Made by a program: the position numbers and the translations under genes. 11,653 nt of DNA from Candidatus Thorarchaeota archaeon (GTDB taxonomy: Archaea > Asgardarchaeota > Thorarchaeia > Thorarchaeales > Thorarchaeaceae), in assembly GCA_048884785.1 (NCBI GenBank), contig JBHLQM010000080.1, forward strand, positions 1 to 11,653, in the 5' to 3' direction. Under the pieces are notes generated by a model. It saw only the letters and a list, made by a program, of their open reading frames with translations. It was not told the origin of the DNA and did no database searches. This document shows positions 1 through 7,048 of the stretch, piece by piece (position 1 is the stretch's first letter; the number at the start of each line of letters is the position of its first letter).

Positions 1-285
1 CAAAATAATGAGTCACTGACCGAGAGCGAACAGGAGTTCAGGCACGACATGGAAATGCTTGAGCAGTTAATGACCTCTGTGATCACAGAAACCCTGAAGC
101 AGTCTGGAGTTCAAGATAAGGTTGATCCATTCTCAGTGATAATGGTCCTCAGTACTTTTGCTCAGGCAATACGTGAATTGGTTATGCGCGGTAGAACGAA
201 CGACCAACCTGAAGAAAAGACCAAGGAGTATCTCTCTGTGTTCTTCAACATTATCGATCAGGGATTAAAGCACTACGATGATTGA
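1..285 (+). CDS. 3' part of a helical protein, probably the C-terminal domain of a TetR/AcrR-family regulator (5' truncated by the window edge)
   Basis: Frame 1 is open from base 1 (QNNESLTESEQEFRHDM...) to TGA at 285. The amphipathic helices ending '...FFNIIDQGLK' resemble TetR C-termini. The HTH is not in the window. Confidence 0.5.
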   Translation, partial: QNNESLTESEQEFRHDMEMLEQLMTSVITETLKQSGVQDKVDPFSVIMVLSTFAQAIRELVMRGRTNDQPEEKTKEYLSVFFNIIDQGLKHYDD

Positions 286-308
286 ACTTTTTATAGTGGG
301 TTAATAAA

Positions 309-779
309 ATGAGTAAAACAGACACAATTCAATTAGAGAATCAGGAATATAATGATGTGCGACAAGTTGGTGGAATCAAGAAGTTCTTCATTATTTTAGA
401 ATTGAGCCTAGTCTGGGCATTTCTCTCTGCCATGGTCGTAGGAAGTTTTGCAGCAGCAATCTGGTCTGCAATTCCGACTTCACTATTGTCCTGGGGAGCT
501 GACAATGCGAATCTTATTGGTTATGTTTCACATTGTTCGTTCGCGCCTGCCAGTACTCTCATCCTCCTTACCACGACAGCCATAGGCATTTTCTTAGCCC
601 ATAGGCTGAGAAGGGGTCGAGTCATTGGACTGAGCGTCCTCGTGGGAACCACAGGAGGCCTCTTGATTGGACTTCTTAACGGAATAGATATTGTCATGTT
701 CATAGGCATGGGAACAGGTGTAGGTGTAGGAATTGTCCTAGGTTTCATCATGGGGATAATCAGGTGGACAGAGGTTTAG
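309..779 (+). CDS. Hypothetical integral membrane protein (about 4 TM segments, Gly-rich)
   Basis: 156-aa ORF with several hydrophobic stretches, GxxxG repeats in the C-terminal half and a loop motif NLIGYVSHCSFAP. Spaced 23 and 10 bp from its neighbours. Confidence 0.75.
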   Translation: MSKTDTIQLENQEYNDVRQVGGIKKFFIILELSLVWAFLSAMVVGSFAAAIWSAIPTSLLSWGADNANLIGYVSHCSFAPASTLILLTTTAIGIFLAHRLRRGRVIGLSVLVGTTGGLLIGLLNGIDIVMFIGMGTGVGVGIVLGFIMGIIRWTEV

Positions 780-789
780 GTGAGAGAGA

Positions 790-1269
790 ATGAAGAAATC
801 CCTTGTCCTTTATCACTCACTCTTTGGGAATACAAAGACTGTAGCTATGAGTCTAGCCCGAGGTATCGAGGAATCAGAAATTAAAGTGGATTGTCTGAGT
901 ATCGACGAAGTCGATACTAAAGAAATTCCGGAATACAACTTTGTCGCAATTGGCAGTCCAACTCACATAACAAAACCATCTAAAGAAATGAAAGAGTTCT
1001 TGAAAGAACTAAAGAAAATCAAACTCAAGGGTCTGCTAGGATTCAGTTTTGATACTAGAAATGAGTCACGAATGAACAATAGAAGACTGGCTCTTTTCGA
1101 AAACAGTGCTGCACGATCAATAGAGAGATTCATGAAAAAAATGAAGATGAGAATCATTAAACCACGAGTTTCGGCTATTGTCTATGGAAGAGAGGGTCCT
1201 CTTACTGCTGACGTTGAAGAAGCTTTTCTCCAAATCGGTAAAGAGATTGGGAGCATACTCGCAGCCTAG
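790..1269 (+). CDS. Flavodoxin-family protein
   Basis: FMN phosphate loop YHSLFGNT, then IGSPTH and FSFDTR. SD-like AGGTGA upstream. Confidence 0.9.
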   Translation: MKKSLVLYHSLFGNTKTVAMSLARGIEESEIKVDCLSIDEVDTKEIPEYNFVAIGSPTHITKPSKEMKEFLKELKKIKLKGLLGFSFDTRNESRMNNRRLALFENSAARSIERFMKKMKMRIIKPRVSAIVYGREGPLTADVEEAFLQIGKEIGSILAA

Positions 1270-1324
1270 TATCTGGAAGTGACCAAGAGTCATTCTTTCC
1301 TTCCTAGTTCCACCGTAGAATGAA

Positions 1325-1624
1325 TCAATCCCTCACAGCGAGAATGACAAGGTCATCTAAGGCCAGAATGCCACGCATCTGATTTGCTTCTAGAGTAATA
1401 TATTGATTCTCCCCAAGCTCAACTTCAGCATCACCAGATGTGATAACTGCTCGTCCTTTCAGTATGAAGAAGAATGCGGAGTGGGAAGCCATGTGAGGTG
1501 GTGCTCTTGCTCCCTTTCCAAGAGTAAGCCGCAAAACAGAATATCCATCCATTTCTGCAAGGATGAATTTGTTAGGACCTCCCTTCGTAAATTGAAGATT
1601 TTCGAAAATATCACCGTATGACAT
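1325..1624 (-). CDS. Cupin-domain protein (single beta-barrel)
   Basis: Motif 1 GARAPPHMASHSAFFFILKG and motif 2 LGENQYITLEANQMRG. The metal-ligand set looks incomplete. Confidence 0.85.
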   Translation of the reverse strand: MSYGDIFENLQFTKGGPNKFILAEMDGYSVLRLTLGKGARAPPHMASHSAFFFILKGRAVITSGDAEVELGENQYITLEANQMRGILALDDLVILAVRD

Positions 1625-1656
1625 GATTAATCACAAGAAACATCGACCGATTCAAG

Positions 1657-1664
1657 TATATAAA
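1657..1664 (-). promoter_or_regulatory. TATA box for the cupin gene
   Basis: TTTATATA on the minus strand, 33-40 nt upstream of the ATG at 1624. Confidence 0.6.
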
Positions 1665-1896
1665 CTATAGTTAATAACCTGAACTGGGCTTGTCGCGTGT
1701 AATCATAGTCAATCCTCTAAGCTGAAGTTTTCTCCAAATTACATCGTTAATAATTCATGTAAGCGAATTTTCTTTAGAAGTATAATATCGCATTCAGGCC
1801 CAATTCTGGACTAGCGTGTTCAATTCGAACAAGGGGGAAGTGCTTTTTCTAGTGAAAATAGAAATAAGTCTTCGAAATGTAGGAAACGTGTGAGGT

Positions 1897-2157
1897 ATGG
1901 AAAATAGGATGATACCTGAGCCAGATAGCTATGGGAGCCAACCAATCCAGCGACGCAACAACAATCTGCTCTGTGTGGCAATTATCCTATTCATTTTCGG
2001 ATTTGCGTTTTTACAGATGTCAGGAGTGATGATTGCCTGGTGGAGTTTCATCTCCTATTTCGACCCACTGATCTTCTTGGTCTTTGTACTAATCGGTATA
2101 GTTCCTACCCTGGGTGGTGTCTATGTCATGTGGAAATGGTGGAACAGTGGTTCTTGA
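1897..2157 (+). CDS. Small hypothetical membrane protein (2 TM segments); start may be ATG 1909
   Basis: 86-aa ORF with a polar Pro/Gln N-terminus and two hydrophobic helices. GTGAGGT SD-like motif at 1890-1896. Confidence 0.7.
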   Translation: MENRMIPEPDSYGSQPIQRRNNNLLCVAIILFIFGFAFLQMSGVMIAWWSFISYFDPLIFLVFVLIGIVPTLGGVYVMWKWWNSGS

Positions 2158-2299
2158 ACCCGCCTCTAGCAGCAGTTGGGATGCTATAACAATCATAACA
2201 GGATTCGAAACAGTGCCTTTGAACTTGAAAGAAAAGAATTGGTCTAGCGATTGATTGTTCAGGTGAAACTGGATAGGAGAGGAAGTTACGAAGCAAATC

Positions 2300-2713
2300 T
2301 CAGGCAAGAATCATATCACGTGGGGTGTAGGTACCAGTATCGAGTACATGATCCCAGTAGATTGATTCATCACTGTTGAAATCGGGAAGTCCCTGACTTC
2401 GACCAAGCCATCGCCAACAAGGAATGGTGCCAACCAGCTCAAGCTGGTATAGATTGGATCGCGTCGCGTTGAATCGGACCTCTAACAAAGTCCCTTCAGG
2501 AAGTGTATCAATGTCTGCCACTTCAAGAATAGGGCGGCCGTTAGTGTTCCTATCGCCACATCGAGACAGGTAATATCGGACCTCTGCCCCAGATAGAGGG
2601 TCGGGCATTAATACAGCTACGTGAGGTCGTGACACAGGATCCCACCAGCGAGGGATAGCAGGTCGTCTGATTACATAGTCGATTATTGTGTCAATCCGGG
2701 TGGAATAGTCCAA
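2300..2713 (-). CDS. Hypothetical protein, no family recognised
   Basis: 137-aa ORF with TTG start, GGAGAGG SD-like motif upstream and TTATATA at 2761-2755. Confidence 0.65.
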   Translation of the reverse strand: MDYSTRIDTIIDYVIRRPAIPRWWDPVSRPHVAVLMPDPLSGAEVRYYLSRCGDRNTNGRPILEVADIDTLPEGTLLEVRFNATRSNLYQLELVGTIPCWRWLGRSQGLPDFNSDESIYWDHVLDTGTYTPRDMILA

Positions 2714-2754
2714 TTGAATCGTAATCCTCTCCGAGTAATCCTTCCCATTCCCTG

Positions 2755-2761
2755 TATATAA
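2755..2761. promoter_or_regulatory. TATA box readable on both strands
   Basis: TATATAA (+) / TTATATA (-), flanked by the inverted repeat TCCCT...AGGGA. Confidence 0.5.
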
Positions 2762-2854
2762 GGGAGGTTCGAGTATTACAGAGTCCTCTAGGGCTTATTG
2801 TATGGCACCTAGCGGGGCTCTAAACTGTTAGTAATACAGAGAGAGTGCCTACGA

Positions 2855-2873
2855 CTCCAGTGGAAGCGAGGGG
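2855..2873 (+). other. ORB-like element (Orc1/Cdc6 origin recognition box) with G-string
   Basis: Intergenic CTCCAGTGGAAGCGAGGGG closely matches the archaeal ORB pattern TCCAGTGGAAAC-N2/3-GGGG. Confidence 0.55.
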
Positions 2874-2922
2874 AAGTTAGACTCCCTCCAAAGGACACTT
2901 AACAAATGGCCATGACCATATG

Positions 2923-3234
2923 CTAAGGTTCGTCCTCAGCTTGGAGTCCAATCATGAGTGGGCGTCCTTCATAGATAGAACGTGCAACTTTTTTTCTAGC
3001 ACTGGCTAGAAGACGCCAAATTGTACCCCGTGAAATACCCATTGAAGATCCTGCCTGTTCCTGATACAAGCCTTCAAGGTCGACGAGTCGTAGAACTTCA
3101 ACCTCTGCCAAATCAATGAAGACGGGATTATCTCCGCTCTTTGGTTCAGGAATCATCTTCTTGGCAAAGGGTTCAATTTTTATTTTAGGCTGGATTGGAA
3201 ACCTACCACGTCCTCCACGTCTTCTTCGAAGCAT
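2923..3234 (-). CDS. DUF134 (UPF0251) family HTH protein
   Basis: Typical EVEVLRLVDLEGLYQEQAGSSMGISRGTIWRLLASARKKVA signature, basic RRGGRGR N-terminus and EG-x-x-L end. Confidence 0.92.
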   Translation of the reverse strand: MLRRRRGGRGRFPIQPKIKIEPFAKKMIPEPKSGDNPVFIDLAEVEVLRLVDLEGLYQEQAGSSMGISRGTIWRLLASARKKVARSIYEGRPLMIGLQAEDEP

Positions 3235-3399
3235 TTCTAATCATTTAAACTATGCACGAGGTTTCTTATTACATTTTTTAACCAACCAATAGAAACCGAG
3301 TTATGAGGTAGACACATCTACCAAACTTTGAATCAACTGGAAACTCTATTGTTGGACCCGATAAAGTCACACAAATTCTATTCATTTTATATTCATTAA

Positions 3400-3477
3400 T
3401 GAATCCTGATTCGTATTATATACTGAATCGGGATTCGCAAAAACTCATCGATGCTATCATTTTCAAATCAAGATTCG
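3400..3477. repeat. Three copies of the palindromic box YRAATC-NN-GATTCG
   Basis: TGAATC-CT-GATTCG 3400-3413, TGAATC-GG-GATTCG 3424-3437 and CAAATC-AA-GATTCG 3464-3477. Confidence 0.75.
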
Positions 3478-3545
3478 GGGGTATTTCCATTGAACCCCCT
3501 GAAGTGAAGTCTTTATCTCTTAGTATGAGAATAGGCAAATAGTCA

Positions 3546-4778
3546 ATGGAGAGATTGGACGTGGGATTCAGTGTTGGAATAGTCGGAAAACCATCCTGTG
3601 GCAAGACCTCTTTCACAAATTCTGCATGTATGACTGATTTCAAGGTGGGGAGCTATCCGTTTACTACTATCGAGGCCAATGTTGGTGTCACCCATGCGAG
3701 GACTGCGTGTGCGTGTAGGGACTTTGATGTTCAGGACAATCCTCAGAACTCGATTTGTATTGAAGGGGTGCGGCTTGTTCCAATCAAATTGATTGATGTC
3801 GCAGGATTAGTTCCTGGCGCGCATGAAGGAAGAGGAATGGGAAATCAATTTCTAGATGATCTCAGACAGGCCGATGTGCTGATTCATATTGTAGATGCAA
3901 GCGGAGCTCTGGACTCAGAAGGACAAGAAGTGGCCGCAGGTACTCATGATCCGGCAGAAGATGTACGATTCCTTGAAGATGAACTTGTAGAATGGATACT
4001 TGGAATAGTCACGAAGGATTGGAGAAGAATCACTGGGAGAGTTAGAGCAGAGGGGGCAAAGTTAGAGGAGTTACTCCTTGAGAAGCTTTCCGGACTCAAA
4101 ATATCAAGAGGAGACATACTAAAGGCGATGAGACAGTCCGAATTGAAATCGGAAACAGTGGACAAATGGACTGATGATGAACTGCGAGAGTTTGTTAAAG
4201 TTCTGCAGCACGCAGCGAAACCAATAATCATCGCAGCGAATAAGATAGATAGACCTGGCGCAGAGGAAAACATGAAACGGTTACAGGAAGAGTTTCCTGA
4301 ATACCTAGTCGTACCTGTGAGTGCACTTGCTGAGAAGGTTCTGAAGGATCTTGATAAAAAAGGAGTTATCAAGTATATCCCAGGAAGTAATGATTTTGAG
4401 ATACTTCAACCGGACAATCTGAGTGAAAATGAAAAGAGCCAGTTACAGAAACTGAAAGAACAGATTCTTCAGAAATATGGAGGCACAGGTGTTCAAAATC
4501 TCTTGAACAAGGCTGTATTTGACTACCTTCATATGATTACTGTGTATCCTGTCCACGATTCAAATACGCTTGCAGACAGTGATGGTAATGTCCTACCAGA
4601 TGTCTATCTCGTTCCCGAAGGGACTACAGCAAAAGAGTTTGCAGGGCATATACATACTGACCTAATGGAGTCATTTGTGCATGGAATTGATGCACGAACA
4701 AAAATGAGAATCTCTGACAAACATGTCCTCAAAGACCGTGATGTCATCAAGATTGTGAGTGCTAAGGGGCAGAAGTGA
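3546..4778 (+). CDS. ychF: Archaeal YchF/Obg-family translation-associated GTPase with C-terminal TGS domain
   Basis: G1 GKPSCGKT, G2 YPFTT, G3 DVAGLVPGAHEGRGMGNQFL, G4 NKID, archaeal Cys-containing insert and TGS-like end (HIHTDL...DRDVIKI). Confidence 0.93.
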   Translation: MERLDVGFSVGIVGKPSCGKTSFTNSACMTDFKVGSYPFTTIEANVGVTHARTACACRDFDVQDNPQNSICIEGVRLVPIKLIDVAGLVPGAHEGRGMGNQFLDDLRQADVLIHIVDASGALDSEGQEVAAGTHDPAEDVRFLEDELVEWILGIVTKDWRRITGRVRAEGAKLEELLLEKLSGLKISRGDILKAMRQSELKSETVDKWTDDELREFVKVLQHAAKPIIIAANKIDRPGAEENMKRLQEEFPEYLVVPVSALAEKVLKDLDKKGVIKYIPGSNDFEILQPDNLSENEKSQLQKLKEQILQKYGGTGVQNLLNKAVFDYLHMITVYPVHDSNTLADSDGNVLPDVYLVPEGTTAKEFAGHIHTDLMESFVHGIDARTKMRISDKHVLKDRDVIKIVSAKGQK

Positions 4779-4978
4779 TTCTAGATGGATAGAGAATCAA
4801 AGACATTCTGTTCTTGATTGTACAATTTATGCTCATTGATAATGTGAATCTGTAAAGAGTATATTATGCTGACCTTTCTTTTTCTAGAAGAAGCGGTTTA
4901 GCAGCTTCTCTCTGTCTACCATTCTCCGATATCAATGCCATGAAATGATGAAAAAGGATTATCAGTCAGGTGGAAGAA

Positions 4979-5416
4979 ATGGAATTTTTCACTACATTGG
5001 AGGATGCAAGAATTGCAGGGATGCAGTTAGGCAGGTATGGTCAGTATCCAACAATATACAAACGAGGTGTCAAGGACTATATTATTGTGGAGAGAGGTGA
5101 ATGGCCACCAGAAAACTCTTGGCCTTTTCTGAAGTGGGATGGTCGAGACTGGGTACCCGTATTAGCTAGACTTGACTCTCTTCAACAGGCACAAGAAGCA
5201 ACAAGTCTGTTCGCTCTCCTAGGGCACAACCCTATCATTGTTGAGTTTCCAGGAATTACGTTTGATCTCTTCTTCCGTGAGGCGCATATACCATCAGGAG
5301 CATGGATAGTTAGCGAAGTAAATCCTAACTATTTTATCAAGCACATGAAGCCTCCAGAGGACATTATTGAGGAGGAGGAGTCAGAAACCATCGAGATAGA
5401 GGTTTCGCATCCGTGA
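4979..5416 (+). CDS. Hypothetical protein made of two 61-aa repeats with an acidic tail (alternative start GTG 4970)
   Basis: The internal repeat supports coding status. AGGTGGA SD-like motif precedes ATG 4979. Confidence 0.75.
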   Translation: MEFFTTLEDARIAGMQLGRYGQYPTIYKRGVKDYIIVERGEWPPENSWPFLKWDGRDWVPVLARLDSLQQAQEATSLFALLGHNPIIVEFPGITFDLFFREAHIPSGAWIVSEVNPNYFIKHMKPPEDIIEEEESETIEIEVSHP

Positions 5417-5425
5417 TTCATGAGT

Positions 5426-5962
5426 TCAACGTAGTTTCTCTCCAAGTGTCCAGTATTGCCCATTCAGCGGCAAATAGGTGAAGAGATTTGTTTTAGAGGC
5501 GTCAAACTTGCCATTTTTACCGAGAACTGATTCGTCTATATGGACAGATAACACATCTACAATAAAGAGATCATGTACACCCAGTGGAACGATATTTTTA
5601 ATTCTACACTCTATATTAATGGGACACTCCTTAATCATTGGTTGCTTGATCTTTGAAGCAGATTCAAGAGTAAAGCCACATTCTGAGAACTTGTCATAAT
5701 CGCGGCCAGACTTCGTTCCAGCAAATACTGTGCCCTCAATCAATTCCGCAGAGGGAATGTTCAGAACAAACTCTCCGGCAGCCTTTACAAGGTCATAGCT
5801 GTAGCGTTCTGGTCGTATTCCAACAACCATTGTGGGGGGACTACTGCAGACATTTGCCGCCCAAGACAGAGTGATTATATTTGGCCTGTCTGGTCCAGAA
5901 ACACTTAGCAGGACTACGGGACAGGGTACAAGTGCAGTAGTCGGTTTGATTTCGCGTTTCAT
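5426..5962 (-). CDS. Flavin reductase-like (flavoredoxin/DIM6-NTAB family) FMN-binding protein
   Basis: PCPVVL, NIITLSW, GEFVLNIP, GTKSGRDYDKF, IKECPINIEC and GVHDLF motifs. Start moved to MKREIK (5962) because family similarity starts there. Confidence 0.92.
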   Translation of the reverse strand: MKREIKPTTALVPCPVVLLSVSGPDRPNIITLSWAANVCSSPPTMVVGIRPERYSYDLVKAAGEFVLNIPSAELIEGTVFAGTKSGRDYDKFSECGFTLESASKIKQPMIKECPINIECRIKNIVPLGVHDLFIVDVLSVHIDESVLGKNGKFDASKTNLFTYLPLNGQYWTLGEKLR

Positions 5963-6089
5963 ACGAAGAGAAAGGACATTCCCTGTTAAGAAAATGTCGC
6001 ACGACTGCATTATCAGTTTATGTCGATGTCATTAGGTTTAAGACGAAGCTAAGGACCGCAAGAACCATCACACAAAAGAGGTTGTGCTG

Positions 6090-7001
6090 ATGAAACGTGT
6101 ACTCATTGCAGATTCGATTGAAGAGTCAGCCATTGCCAAGATTAAAGCAGCTGGACTTGAAGTTGTGGAAAGAAATGCAGAAAAGGATGGGCCAATTGAG
6201 AAACAAATCAAGGGCTTTGACTGTGTTGTAGTAAGAAGTGCTACAAAGATAACCAAAGAGGTCATCGATGCAGCGGACAAATTGAAACTTGTAGTCAGGG
6301 CAGGCGTTGGCCTTGACAATGTAGACAAGAGGGCAGCAGATGCAAAGGGTGTGGTTGTTCAGAACACCCCCGAGGCGCCATCAGTCTCTGTTGCGGAGAT
6401 GGTCTTCTCGCTTATGTTTGCTCTTGCTAGGAATGTCACTCAGGCGGATAGTTCCATGAAGAATGAACGTTGGGAGAAGAAGAAGCTCAGTGGAACGGAA
6501 CTCTGGCAGAAGACAATTGGTATTGTCGGCTTTGGTAGAATTGGATTAGAGGTGGCAAAGAGGGCTAAGGCATTCGGCATGGATGTTCTTGCATATGATG
6601 TCATTGATATTGATAAAGCCTGTAAGGATACAGGAGCAAAGAAGGCAGATTTAAAGACCATAATAGAGAAAGCAGATTACATTACTCTCCATGTACCTCT
6701 AATACCCCAGACTAAGGGGATGATTGGTGTCAAAGAGCTCAAGAAGATGAAGAAGACTGCATTTGTTATCAACACAGCTCGTGGTGGAGTCATTGATGAA
6801 AAGGCACTCTTAGATGCATTAAATGCAGGAGATATTGCAGGCGCAGGACTTGATGTCTTCGAGAATGAACCACCTACAGAATGGCACTTGGTGAAGCACC
6901 CAAAAGTTGTTGCTACTCCACATCTATCATCATCCACTGAAGAGGGGCAGGTTAGAGTAGGAGAACTCACTGTTCAGAAAGTCATTGAAGGTCTCAAGTA
7001 G
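6090..7001 (+). CDS. serA: D-2-hydroxyacid dehydrogenase, D-3-phosphoglycerate dehydrogenase-like, short form without ACT domain
   Basis: VRSATK, RAGVGLDNVD, Rossmann GFGRIG, and catalytic R (ARGG), E (FENEP) and H (TPHL). GAGGT SD precedes ATG 6090. Substrate is not provable from sequence. Confidence 0.85.
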   Translation: MKRVLIADSIEESAIAKIKAAGLEVVERNAEKDGPIEKQIKGFDCVVVRSATKITKEVIDAADKLKLVVRAGVGLDNVDKRAADAKGVVVQNTPEAPSVSVAEMVFSLMFALARNVTQADSSMKNERWEKKKLSGTELWQKTIGIVGFGRIGLEVAKRAKAFGMDVLAYDVIDIDKACKDTGAKKADLKTIIEKADYITLHVPLIPQTKGMIGVKELKKMKKTAFVINTARGGVIDEKALLDALNAGDIAGAGLDVFENEPPTEWHLVKHPKVVATPHLSSSTEEGQVRVGELTVQKVIEGLK

Positions 7002-7048
7002 CCTCTTTGAAGTTGTGTCAAAACGGTATTATTTTAAGCAAATATTTT

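Noticed and set aside
2783-2896. Resemblance to the Moco riboswitch ends or to 5S rRNA size
   Set aside because: The core motifs of both are missing, and no + strand gene lies downstream for a riboswitch to control.
2783-2897. tRNA-Pyl-like hints (CTCTAAA anticodon-like loop at 2818-2824, GTTAGACTCCC T-loop-like motif)
   Set aside because: The T-stem does not pair around a 7-nt loop, the anticodon stem needs a bulge and several G-U pairs, the acceptor has a C-A mismatch, and the extra sequence has no clear bulge-helix-bulge.
4945-4951. Box C-like ATGATGA suggesting a C/D sRNA
   Set aside because: No CTGA D or D' boxes at suitable spacing downstream.
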